Source: Gemmatimonadaceae bacterium (GTDB lineage Bacteria; Gemmatimonadota; Gemmatimonadetes; Gemmatimonadales; Gemmatimonadaceae). From it: a stretch of 64,000 nucleotides of DNA. Position numbers and translations under genes: made by a program. This document shows, one piece after another, positions 18,381-27,830 of this stretch. How positions within the stretch are numbered: position 1 is the first letter of the stretch; each line of letters begins with the position of its first letter. A model generated the notes under the pieces. It made no database searches. It saw nothing but the letters and a program-made list of their open reading frames with translations, and had not been told where the DNA came from. Location of the stretch: the NCBI GenBank assembly GCA_051859245.1, contig JBHYGA010000004.1:800001-864000 (forward strand), written 5' to 3'.

Positions 18381-19838
18381 ATGCGACTTAAATGGCTCAA
18401 TTTGCTCCGCACACTGACGATCCTTGCTGGAGCGTCAGCGTGCGGCGACGGTCGAATTACTGAAGTCGCTGAAGAACAGCGCTCACCTGCGCTTCAGTGG
18501 CAGCAATCGGCGATGGCGCCGCAGTCAGTCCCGCGGCTGGGATGAGGATCGACGCTTACGTGCTCCATCGTTGCCGAAGGCGTAGCGCCCGGTGTTGCGC
18601 GACGCGTCGTACTGGTTCGCGGCAGCGCGATTCCTTTCGACGTTTCCCGCGCCCGCATTCGCGCGTTGACAGGCGGCATCACGCCGCCGGTGCTGCGTCA
18701 GTCCGCTGCGGGCACTACTTCCAAGGAGCTTTCCGGGACCATGGCACGTGGACAGCGCAACTTGCGAGTAATGTGTCCGCTCGGCGAGTTACTCTCCGCA
18801 ACCCAGCTCCAAGTCCTGATGGAGGAGAGCAGACAAAACGAACGCTGGGCAGCGATCGAGCAAGCGCTCTCCGCGCAAGCGGGAGTCACAAAAATTCTCC
18901 CCTCGGTCACGGTGCGGATCGAACCGGCGAGTTCGATTCCCGAATTCAGCCTAGGAGACTGTGGCGGTGAAGGTGAAAACGTACGAACACTGTCCTCCCG
19001 GAACGATCGTGCTGCGCGCGCGGCGCGTTCACGGTCTGAACCTGGAGCAATGTCGTCGTTAGGTGAATGTTGCGGCCCTTCTGACGTTATGCGGCAGTTG
19101 GCGACACCCGTTGCGCCTATAGCGAGCAGCATGGGTGGCGATTGCGACCCGCCGATGATGGCGACTGTGACTGTCACCGCATCACCTGCCTACGGCTTTC
19201 TCTCGCACGATACGATCATCTGTCTCGTTTTCGGCAAGTGTGCCTCGGAGTGGGGCGCGAACGATCCTTGGTGGGGCGAGTCAGAACTATGGGTTCACTA
19301 CGACGGAATGGGCGGCGGTGGACTATACGGAGCTGGGTCCAGCCCTCCTCCGCCTCCTCCGGTCGACGCGACCACTCCAGTTGCTGCCGATACCATCCCC
19401 GATTGTTCTAATCCGAACAACGATGATGGCCGCAAAGCTTGGTGCAGCCCTGCCTCCTGGACACCCGGGCAAGCTGAGTCTGCGCAAATCGACTCCGCGG
19501 TCACCAGGATGCGCGCCAAAGGTGGGGCATGCACGCAGCTGGCTTCAATCATAGAATCGTTGCTGCTAAAGGGCAGAATCCGCATTTATGCCAGTGGCAG
19601 CTGGCCATTTGGGGGCAAGGCCCCGTTAGTAACCGACGGAACCGGTGCCAATCATTGGATGGTACTGGCCGGCGACTGGTTCACCGTCTTCAACAGTCCC
19701 GCTAACGCCACAGTAAAAGAGCCGGTGCGTCGTTGGCTTGATCAGACGCTCGCTCATGAGGCTGATCATCTTTCCGGCCTGAATCATATTGATCCTCCTG
19801 CCGGGTACTCAACTCCGAATTCCTCTGCCTGCAGTTGA
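18381..19838 (+). pseudogene. Cys-rich lipoprotein with a C-terminal HExxH zincin-like domain, interrupted by one in-frame TGA at 18543-18545
   Basis: ATG 18381 gives MRLKWLNLLRTLTILAGASAC (lipobox); the same frame is open after the TGA into ORF 18666-19838; TLAHEADHLSGLNH; Pro-rich linker. Confidence 0.7.
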
Positions 19839-19900
19839 GTTGGGAAAGAACAACGATGGAAAATGTGCATTCCTTAACGCAGACCACACACTGGTACACG

Positions 19901-20644
19901 ATGGCGCTCGAAATTTCAGCGATAGTCCGCATTCTACGTACTCTCGCTGTACGCTCAGCTCTGTTCGCCAGTCTGTGCGCACCAGTCGTGACGGAAGCTT
20001 GGGCTCAGAGCGCACCCAATCACCGATTATCTATCGAGACCCGCCTGCCCGACTCGCTACACGAGTCCCACGCCGGCGGCAGATACCGCATGATCATCTC
20101 CCGCTCAGCAACATCTCCATTCGAGCGGGAGCTTATACGAATTGCCGAGCTCGTGTTACCGGACAGCAGTGTATACACCGATCTCTCACTCACGCCTGAG
20201 TCGAGACGGGAGTTCGAGCGAGCTGCGTCCGGTGTCGCGCGAGAGGTATCGTTCGCGCGTCCGGCTGAACCTCGAGTAGCTGGCGAATCCGCTGAACGGT
20301 GGTGGTTTCTGGATTTCGATGGAACCTTCACGCCGCTCTCACTTACGTCCGGTGCGGTTAGCTACTACATCGGGCGATTTCGCGACATCGCCCAAGGACT
20401 TGGGCAGTTTCGGCAACCCGGTGAGGACGGCCCGGATCGCTTGGAGTTCAGCTACCGCGCTCGCGTTATGTCGACCACGGAACACAATGCGCACCGTGTC
20501 GTGGAACTGTCGATGAATTGGAACTACTGGTGCAGCACCCTCTGCGGGATGAGCTTTTCCTACAAGCGTCGGGTGTTCTTCGACACTGAGGGCCGTGTAG
20601 TGCACGTCGATGGCGATGGTCCGGCGAAGGTGAGCGTATCATAG
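19901..20644 (+). CDS. secreted hypothetical protein with WCSTLCG motif (start could be 19835 or 19856)
   Basis: Signal-peptide-like N-terminus ending AWAQ; CxxxC near the C-terminus. Confidence 0.6.
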   Translation: MALEISAIVRILRTLAVRSALFASLCAPVVTEAWAQSAPNHRLSIETRLPDSLHESHAGGRYRMIISRSATSPFERELIRIAELVLPDSSVYTDLSLTPESRREFERAASGVAREVSFARPAEPRVAGESAERWWFLDFDGTFTPLSLTSGAVSYYIGRFRDIAQGLGQFRQPGEDGPDRLEFSYRARVMSTTEHNAHRVVELSMNWNYWCSTLCGMSFSYKRRVFFDTEGRVVHVDGDGPAKVSVS

Positions 20645-20699
20645 CGATCCACCCAGAAAGCAAGAAATCAGCACCCCTCCCCTTGCATCGCCCACACGC

Positions 20700-21090
20700 C
20701 GTCGATGAGCGCTGACCATCGTGTCCAAGACCTCGCTGGCAGCATAGCGTTCAAGCATACTGCGCGACGAACGGTGATAGAATCGGAATGCCGCGTCGGC
20801 GATAGTGCAACGAATGGCTTCGTCCGTTTTGGCCTCAACGTTGTGGGATCTCATTGCGCTGGTACTTCCCATCGGCAACCGCGCGCAGGATGCCACGATG
20901 TTTGGACACATCCCGCAGCCCCTCTTCCTGATCGAGCGAGGTCTCTACCAGCAGTCGGACTTCTCCGCGCGGTGCGAGAAAAAGTTCGGACACATTCTGT
21001 GCAAGCGACCGCTTCACGTTGATTGCGGAGAGATACCGTGGCGTGTGGCCGAATATGCCATACGCGAGTGCACGATCCAGTGGGTAGTGG
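20700..21090 (-). pseudogene. decayed fragment of an archaeal-type ATPase (ATPase_2/DUF234-like)
   Basis: ALAYGIFGHTPRYLSAINVKRSLAQNVSELFLAPRGEV...ILRAVADGKYQRNEI, then a frame change to IADAAFRFYH; no Walker A region or start. Confidence 0.6.
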
Positions 21091-21125
21091 TGGGTTCTGG
21101 AGTAAGTCAGCCAATGCTGCGCACC

Positions 21126-21977
21126 CTAGCGGCGTGTCACAGTTTCCGGCGTCCGTAACATCCAGAAACCCCAGACTGCAATTGCAACGCCGATGAGCTG
21201 CGCGATCTGCGCGTAGCCAGGTCGGGCGGCTGTTGGGCCATAAACTGTGGCGATGGATAGGAAGAAAAATCCCCCCACAATCCGCAGCCATGCCAACTGC
21301 CGCCGCGGAAGCCGACGAACCAGAAAGGCCAGCGGCGCAAACGCCACCACGAGCAGGAATGGCAAGACGGCAGTCATAGCAAGTCTCTTGGTGATTCTAG
21401 ATGTGCCTGTGCCAACTCCAGTCGCGTCGAGCAGCGGGATTCGCAACAGAGCGCCATCATCGCCATGCGCCGTCACGAGCTCGGCCCGCAACTTGCCGCG
21501 CGCTCGTCGCAAACGACCCTCGACGGCGCGGTCAGTCACATCCATCGCCTGAGCAAGCGACGCCACGCTCGTGTTTTCATCGTAGAACTTGCTGAGTAGA
21601 TCCCTGTCGGCCAGCGAAAGGCGGGACATCGCCGCCCGAACCGCGGCGGCACGCTCTCCCTGTTCGACGAGTCCGCTCACGTCTGCTTGAAGCGAAGTGT
21701 CGGGAAGTAGGTCGAGAGCTTCTGCCGATTCTTGGCCGCTCCGGCGCCGATAACGAAGGCGGTTCAGCATCAAATGACGCGCAACTGTGGCTAGCCACGC
21801 TGCGGGTCGATCCGGAACTCCTCTTTCTCGCCAGACCCATACGGCCTGCAGCCAGGTGTCCTGAAGAATGTCGTCCACCAAATCACGATCCCCACCCACA
21901 GTGCGTAAGAGCTGCATCCGCAGCGGGTCGTGCACGCGTGAGTGAACCGATTCGATTACTTCGTCCCAATTGTTCAC
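21126..21977 (-). CDS. ECF sigma factor with a C-terminal transmembrane extension
   Basis: VDDILQDTWL, AAWLATVARH, AVEGRLRRAR, followed by ~3 hydrophobic helices; probable GTG start 21977. Confidence 0.8.
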   Translation of the reverse strand: MNNWDEVIESVHSRVHDPLRMQLLRTVGGDRDLVDDILQDTWLQAVWVWRERGVPDRPAAWLATVARHLMLNRLRYRRRSGQESAEALDLLPDTSLQADVSGLVEQGERAAAVRAAMSRLSLADRDLLSKFYDENTSVASLAQAMDVTDRAVEGRLRRARGKLRAELVTAHGDDGALLRIPLLDATGVGTGTSRITKRLAMTAVLPFLLVVAFAPLAFLVRRLPRRQLAWLRIVGGFFFLSIATVYGPTAARPGYAQIAQLIGVAIAVWGFWMLRTPETVTRR

Positions 21978-22237
21978 GGTATTATCTGGCGATGGCTCCG
22001 AATAAGTGCTCCACAAAGAAAGACACCGGAGCGAGCAAAAACCCATGAAATCGGCCGCATGTAACCATAGTTGCATGTAATCATGGTTACAGGCACACAG
22101 GAAGGTGGGCGTCGCGCCGCCTTGCGGCCCGCTCTACAATTATTGATTGCCCGCCGTCCCCAGGATCCGCGAGGCGACCGAGAGCGTTCCTCCCGCCGTA
22201 CGTGCAGTCCGAACACACCCATTTCACAGACCATTCA

Positions 22238-23203
22238 ATGACACCGCTTTCCTCGCCGCGCTCAGCGGTCATGCCCCGTTCGCTCCTCTCCGCCACCGCT
22301 TTTCTGCTCGCTGCCTGCGGCGGTGGCGCCGGTGACACACCGTCCGCCGACTCCGCCAGCGTCGTCCTCACGCCAACCGCACCAGCCAAGATCGGCGAAG
22401 TGACCGGCCTCGCCACGCCAGAAGGTGCGCTGTACGATGTGGCGCGCGACGTGTGGTACATCTCGAACATCAACGGCAACCCGAACGAACTCGACAACAA
22501 CGGCTACATCACCAAGGTGAGCGGTGATTTTGCCATGGTCGACACACTGTTCATTGCCGGCGGCTCGGCGGGTACCACGCTGAATGCACCCAAAGGCATG
22601 GCGCTCGTGGGCGATACGCTCTGGGTGGCCGATATCAACGCGGTGCGCGGTTACGATGTCGTGAGTGGCTTTGAAGTGGCGTCAGTTCCGGTTGAGGGCG
22701 CCGTTTTCCTGAACGACATCGCCGCCAGCACCGATGGCTCGCTGTACATCAGCGACACGGGCATCGCGTTTGGCGCGGGTGGCATGACGCACCCGGGCCC
22801 GGATCGCATTTTCAGACTCGCTGGGCGCACGGTGACGGAAGCGCTGCGTTTCGAAGGTCAGCCGGGCCCCAACGGCCTGCTCTTTGGCACCGATGGCAAG
22901 CTCATCGTGGTGCCCTTCGCGACAAGCACGATTTCCGCGTGGACTGCCGGCGCGGCGACGGCCGATTCACTGGCGACAGGCCCCGGCGGCTATGACGGCG
23001 CGGTGCTGCTCGCCGATGGACGCGTGCTCATCAGCAGCTGGACGGACTCCACCGTGCACGTGCTGCAGAATGGCGCGCTCACACCGTTCATTCGCAACGT
23101 GCCGGCACCGGCCGATATGGGCGTGAACCAGGCGCGGAATCAAATCGCGATTCCGCTCTTTGAATCGGGACGCGTGGAGTTCTGGAGCGCTGGTACTAAC
23201 TGA
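22238..23203 (+). CDS. SMP-30/gluconolactonase-like beta-propeller lipoprotein
   Basis: Lipobox LLAAC; PEGA, YISNING, LNAPKGM, FLNDIA, PNGL, DG and PAD blade motifs. Confidence 0.8.
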   Translation: MTPLSSPRSAVMPRSLLSATAFLLAACGGGAGDTPSADSASVVLTPTAPAKIGEVTGLATPEGALYDVARDVWYISNINGNPNELDNNGYITKVSGDFAMVDTLFIAGGSAGTTLNAPKGMALVGDTLWVADINAVRGYDVVSGFEVASVPVEGAVFLNDIAASTDGSLYISDTGIAFGAGGMTHPGPDRIFRLAGRTVTEALRFEGQPGPNGLLFGTDGKLIVVPFATSTISAWTAGAATADSLATGPGGYDGAVLLADGRVLISSWTDSTVHVLQNGALTPFIRNVPAPADMGVNQARNQIAIPLFESGRVEFWSAGTN

Positions 23204-23221
23204 TTCCAGGGAATCAGAACG

Positions 23222-23259
23222 CGCCGGGTGTGACGGTAACGTCACGCCCGGCGTTTTTT
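23222..23259 (+). terminator. intrinsic terminator
   Basis: CGCCGGGTGTGACG-GTAA-CGTCACGCCCGGCG followed by T6. Confidence 0.85.
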
Positions 23260-23278
23260 GTCGCGCTATATTTCACAG

Positions 23279-23926
23279 ATGATGTCCGACGCTGATCACA
23301 CGCCGTTCTATTCACGCGAAGAAGAAATCGCGAACGCGCTCACGCATGGCGCTGGACTACTGGCGAGCCTGATCGGTGTGCCGCTCCTCATTGCCACCTA
23401 CCTCGCGCGCGGCGACGCGCTCATGGTGATCGGAGTGAGCGTTTTTGCGGCATCGCTGGTAGCGGTGTACACCACGTCCACGTTGTATCACGCGGTCCCG
23501 CACCCGCGCGCCAAACGTGTGCTGCGCGTGGCCGATCACGTGGCCATCTACCTGCTGATCGCCGGCACCTACACGCCCTTCACACTCGGTGTGTTGCGCG
23601 GCGCGTGGGGCTGGAGCATGCTGGCGGCGGTGTGGACGCTCGCCGCGCTGGGCATTTTCTTCAAAGTGGTCTTTCACAAGCGCTTCAAGCGACTGAGCAC
23701 GGCCTTCTACATCATGATGGGCTGGGTGATCGTAATCGCCCTGCGCCCGATGGCCCTGGCCATGCCGAGTGCGGGGCTCATGCTGCTCGCAGCCGGCGGA
23801 CTGTTGTACACCGGCGGGGTGTTCTTCTACGTGCGCAAAGCGCGTTACACGCACGCGATCTGGCACTGCTTTGTGCTGGGTGGAAGCGCCTGCCACTTCT
23901 TCGCGGTGCTTCGATACGCGGCATAG
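23279..23926 (+). CDS. hemolysin III / PAQR family membrane protein (TrhA-like)
   Basis: EEIANALTH, STLYH, DHVAIYLLIAGTYTP, HAIWHCFVLGGS. Confidence 0.93.
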   Translation: MMSDADHTPFYSREEEIANALTHGAGLLASLIGVPLLIATYLARGDALMVIGVSVFAASLVAVYTTSTLYHAVPHPRAKRVLRVADHVAIYLLIAGTYTPFTLGVLRGAWGWSMLAAVWTLAALGIFFKVVFHKRFKRLSTAFYIMMGWVIVIALRPMALAMPSAGLMLLAAGGLLYTGGVFFYVRKARYTHAIWHCFVLGGSACHFFAVLRYAA

Positions 23927-23974
23927 ACTGGGCCAGCCAGTCCGATAGCACGCGCGCTGTGACGCCCTGATGCG

Positions 23975-24030
23975 CAGGTGATGCCCGGGTGATCGCAGGT
24001 GATCCGCACGAGAGTCCCGATGCGATAGTT
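23975..24030 (+). promoter_or_regulatory. three phased GGTGAT direct repeats followed by N19-CGATA
   Basis: GGTGAT at 23977, 23988 and 23998; the same arrangement recurs on the minus strand at 27711-27761. Confidence 0.6.
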
Positions 24031-24082
24031 AGCCGCAGCAACATGCTCGGCTGGTCATCACATTTTGAGGCGTCGTACGCTC

Positions 24083-25423
24083 ATGCCCTCTGCGCTCACA
24101 TTCCTGCGAGCCAATCCGGTGTTCTCGGTCACGCTCGGCGTGTTCGTCGGGTGCACCATCATCTTCAGCGTGCTCATCGCGCTGATGACGCGATCCGGCG
24201 TTTCGCCGCGTCCGATCATATTCTTCGCGGGCTATCTCGGCATCATCGTTGCGCCGATGCTGCTCTTCCACGGCGCGCAAGCGTTTGGGCTGATCCCCCG
24301 CCGCGACCTGACGTGGACGTCTGACGGGTCCTCCGGAAGCGCGAGCACTGCACCACTGCGTGTGCGCGGCGAACTGCTCACGGCGCAGAACGGCCAGTTC
24401 ACGCAGCCCAGCCTGGTATTTGGCAACGGGTATCACAAAGACCTGATCAGTGATCTCCGCGAGCGCCTGCCGGACGTCTTTCGAAACGCCATCGCTGCCA
24501 ACATGGCGATCATGTCCGATGGGTCGAGCGTGGTGGTGGCCACGTTCGCCAACGCTGTCGAGGCCGAGACGGCAACCGAACAGTATCTGCAGCGGATGAT
24601 CGGCGAAGTACCCACCGTTGGTGCCGACGGCACGCGCACGGTGAACCGGGCCACGGACGTCGTGAAGGTGCTGGTGCGTGACGCCACCATGATTGCGTGG
24701 TCAGGCGCCAACGCGGAGCGCGTTGAAGCGGCGTTTGTGGCGGCGCCGTTGTTGGAGCGCACGTCGGTAAACGAACGCACCGCCGATGAGGGCAGAGACT
24801 TTTGGCTCTACCGCCCCTACGTGTTGGCGTCGCTGCTGATTCTGCTGCTGATCATCGCCGCGATGTGGTTCTTCCGAATGTCCACATGGGCGAGTGAGTC
24901 TGCTGCCGTCGCGAACACGACTCCAGTCTCCTTGAACGAACTACGCAATCGCCTGCTCAGTGTAAACTCGCTCGACGTGCCGTTCACCGTGGAACCGGTG
25001 CCCGGCAGTGACTCCCGTTTGCAGGTGACGTGGCGCTACGCCGACGCCAAATGGCTCGACCTTGCTCGCGCGCGAGGAATGCGACGTACACATCGCATTC
25101 TGCTGGACTTTGACACCAGCAATCACATGGTGCGTCCTCTCGAGCAACAGGCTCAAATCGATTGGTCCGCGGGTGTTGGTGGAGCGGATTTGCAATGGAA
25201 GATGGAGCTTGGCGTGGTGTTCTTTCAGCGGGAACGCTCCACGGTGTACGGCCTGCAACTCGATCCGTCGGGGCGACTGACGCGGAATCTTTCGTACACC
25301 TACACCTTCGATCTACAGGAAATGAAGCAGCCGCTCATTCAAGCGGTGACGCACGCTGGCTGGAGCTGGCGACCCACACTTCTGCGCGGTCCATCGTGGT
25401 TGCGCTGGCTTACCGGAGCCTGA
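24083..25423 (+). CDS. hypothetical membrane protein
   Basis: Two N-terminal and one central hydrophobic helix; long ORF. Confidence 0.75.
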   Translation: MPSALTFLRANPVFSVTLGVFVGCTIIFSVLIALMTRSGVSPRPIIFFAGYLGIIVAPMLLFHGAQAFGLIPRRDLTWTSDGSSGSASTAPLRVRGELLTAQNGQFTQPSLVFGNGYHKDLISDLRERLPDVFRNAIAANMAIMSDGSSVVVATFANAVEAETATEQYLQRMIGEVPTVGADGTRTVNRATDVVKVLVRDATMIAWSGANAERVEAAFVAAPLLERTSVNERTADEGRDFWLYRPYVLASLLILLLIIAAMWFFRMSTWASESAAVANTTPVSLNELRNRLLSVNSLDVPFTVEPVPGSDSRLQVTWRYADAKWLDLARARGMRRTHRILLDFDTSNHMVRPLEQQAQIDWSAGVGGADLQWKMELGVVFFQRERSTVYGLQLDPSGRLTRNLSYTYTFDLQEMKQPLIQAVTHAGWSWRPTLLRGPSWLRWLTGA

Positions 25424-25424
25424 C

Positions 25425-25751
25425 ATGAGTGATTCACAACGTACGGGACCCGGGCTCTGGGAAACGGCGCTGCTGCTCGAACGCGCCGATCGTTTACCAG
25501 AGGCGGAAGAAACACTTCGAAATGGCATACCGCACATTGCCTTCGCTGCACAAATCGCTGAGTTGTACGCACATCGCATGCACCGCCTGCGCGCGCTGGG
25601 CGACCACGCGCGAGCCAACGACGCACGCGAAGCGGCGCGGCGATGGATTCACAACTATGCCAGCATGGCGACCAGCGGCAGCGAGGGCGGAGCGCTTTCG
25701 TATGAGCGCGATCGCTTTTTAGCCGAACTCGGAGACGATCCGAATGCGTAA
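25425..25751 (+). CDS. hypothetical helical protein
   Basis: Operonic spacing (1 nt gap upstream, 8 nt overlap downstream); ATSGSEG motif. Confidence 0.65.
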   Translation: MSDSQRTGPGLWETALLLERADRLPEAEETLRNGIPHIAFAAQIAELYAHRMHRLRALGDHARANDAREAARRWIHNYASMATSGSEGGALSYERDRFLAELGDDPNA

Positions 25752-26841
25752 CAACGCGAAGCGACGCACATTCCTGCTGCTCATTATCACTCTCATTGCC
25801 GGGTGCGCCAACATGTTCAGTCTTTCGGGCAACAAAAAATACTCGCCCGATGATATTGCGTCGTACGAACTTCCTGATAACTGGACGCCGCGTGAGCCCA
25901 CGCGCGAATCAGACTACGCGCTGCATGAGTATCGACGGTCGCAGCGCTGGTGGTTCAAAGCGGGTGATCCGCTCGAAGTGCACGCGTGGGTGGTGATTAC
26001 GTCTCCGAGGGCAGACTCCGCAGCCTTTGAGCGTGGCGTTGAAGACGCCATGAAACGCGTGCGTACAAGCACCGAATTTCCATCGTTTGGCAGCTTCAAG
26101 GACGGCGATCGCGAAACCTGGGTGTACGAAGGCAACTATCAGATCAACACGCTGCACAAGCCGGAGCAGGTACTCTTCGTAAAATCGGTGGACCGAGCGC
26201 GCAAGGTGGCGTTCGTTGCGCGCGTGTACAAACGCAAGATCGATCATGAAGCGCTGCAAAAAATCACACGAACCTTTTTTACATCATTCACGTTTGGCGC
26301 ACGTCGAGAGGCGTTCTTTGCAGAAGTCGCGGACTGGCCAACCGTGCGTGCGGAACGTGTGCGGAGTGAGCGCGCCTACATCGACTCGATGCTGCTGTCG
26401 CAGGGTCTTCCAGCGGCGCGGCTCGACGAAACGGTTGCGCGCGATGGATGGATCTACACGCTGCGCGAGACATCGTTTTCGATCGGGCGACTGCTTGGTT
26501 CGAAAAGAATGCAGACGCCAGGCTATGGCGCGCGCGTTGAACTGGCGTGGCTGCGCTACACCGGATCGGAATGGAAATCGTGGAGGCCATCGAGTGCCGC
26601 ATTCCCTAAACGCGGGCAGCCGTATCAGGCGAGCGAGTACGCAATGACGCGATGGGGCGACGAAATGCAGCCGCCGCTCGATCGCTCGCTCGCGTGGTTC
26701 TTCCATGTGAAGGATTGTCGACTGACCGGAAGCAGCTGGGAAGATGCGCGGACCGTCGCCCCATGCGTTCTGGACGATTGGTTCGACTACGCGCGCGGCG
26801 TGGAGAAGGCGTTCACGGCGGGTGAACTGTTCGTTGAGTAG
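25744..26841 (+). CDS. hypothetical lipoprotein
   Basis: MRNNAKRRTFLLLIITLIAGC lipobox. Confidence 0.75.
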   Translation: MRNNAKRRTFLLLIITLIAGCANMFSLSGNKKYSPDDIASYELPDNWTPREPTRESDYALHEYRRSQRWWFKAGDPLEVHAWVVITSPRADSAAFERGVEDAMKRVRTSTEFPSFGSFKDGDRETWVYEGNYQINTLHKPEQVLFVKSVDRARKVAFVARVYKRKIDHEALQKITRTFFTSFTFGARREAFFAEVADWPTVRAERVRSERAYIDSMLLSQGLPAARLDETVARDGWIYTLRETSFSIGRLLGSKRMQTPGYGARVELAWLRYTGSEWKSWRPSSAAFPKRGQPYQASEYAMTRWGDEMQPPLDRSLAWFFHVKDCRLTGSSWEDARTVAPCVLDDWFDYARGVEKAFTAGELFVE

Positions 26842-26915
26842 CACGTTGGCTGGCACCCTGACCGATGGCCGTCCGCGAGCGCCGCGCCGTTGAGTGAACG
26901 AGCCCGCGGGGTGCG

Positions 26916-27644
26916 CTATCTCGGCACCATCACCACGCGGTAGCGCGCACTCGTGCCGCTTGGATCCATTGAACCATCGGCCAGAATGCCCTTGCGCATG
27001 GGTACTGGTTCCGTCCAGGCGGTGTCGTCTGCGAACGGGATCGAGCGTAGTCGCATGTCGAGCGTAAAGCCCACATGATCGTACGGCGTGAAGGTGAGCA
27101 TGCGACGCGTGGATTTCGTGTTGAGTCGCCCGCGCATCGGCACCACCCATTCGCCGTTGCGCAGCGCAATCTGATCGCGATGGACCACGAGGTATTCGTT
27201 GTCAGTGTCGCCCGCGTAGAGCGACGCGCGCGAGTTCTCGTTGCGCAGCGCCTGTTCGCTGACGAGCCCCTGCGGAATGAACACTTCTGCTTCGAGTTCA
27301 AGCGCCATTCCATCAATCGTTGGCGCCGTCGGGCGGGTGATCAGCTTCAGGGCGAAGAACAGCACCACGACGGCGTTCGGAAGGAACTGCGCGAGGGCAA
27401 ATGCACGTCCGAACTGCGACCACGTGGAGGCACCGGCAATGCCAGTGGCGACAACTCCCCACACGAGCCCCGCCAGGGCCATCACGGGACCATAGACAAG
27501 AAGGATGCCCATGCTTCCGCCGCCTTCACGATCGTGGATGTTCAGCAGACTCATGAGCGAGAAGCCAACAGCCGCGGTAACAACGAACGCGGCAACGGCG
27601 TTTGCCAACCCAACGGCGACGGCAATGCTCCAGGACATTTTCAT
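26916..27644 (-). CDS. hypothetical membrane protein (3 TM + soluble beta domain)
   Basis: ATG 27644 (MKMSWSIAV); REGG loop between TM helices. Confidence 0.7.
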   Translation of the reverse strand: MKMSWSIAVAVGLANAVAAFVVTAAVGFSLMSLLNIHDREGGGSMGILLVYGPVMALAGLVWGVVATGIAGASTWSQFGRAFALAQFLPNAVVVLFFALKLITRPTAPTIDGMALELEAEVFIPQGLVSEQALRNENSRASLYAGDTDNEYLVVHRDQIALRNGEWVVPMRGRLNTKSTRRMLTFTPYDHVGFTLDMRLRSIPFADDTAWTEPVPMRKGILADGSMDPSGTSARYRVVMVPR

Positions 27645-27707
27645 GGTGGGTGAGATGAGTGTACGTACAGCGTCGAAGCTCAGGCAGGTGCTGTCAGGTA
27701 GTGGTGG

Positions 27708-27763
27708 ATATATCGTCGGGGGCGTCGCGCACGAATCACCTGCGATCACCTGCGGATCACCGT
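27708..27763 (-). promoter_or_regulatory. three phased GGTGAT direct repeats followed by N19-CGATA (second copy)
   Basis: ATCACC at 27735, 27745 and 27756 on the + strand; upstream of the 27644 gene. Confidence 0.6.
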
Positions 27764-27830
27764 GTCCAGGCCAGGGCAGTGGCGATGCGTCTCGGAGGGT
27801 AGATTGCGCTATGAACCCTCGGGCCGCACG

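Noticed and set aside
18543..18600. Firm selenocysteine call for the in-frame TGA
   Set aside because: No redox motif around the codon, only a weak hairpin, and no sel genes in view; a nonsense mutation or sequencing error is simpler
20805..21158. 117-aa plus-strand ORF
   Set aside because: Antisense to the ATPase remnant; no family features
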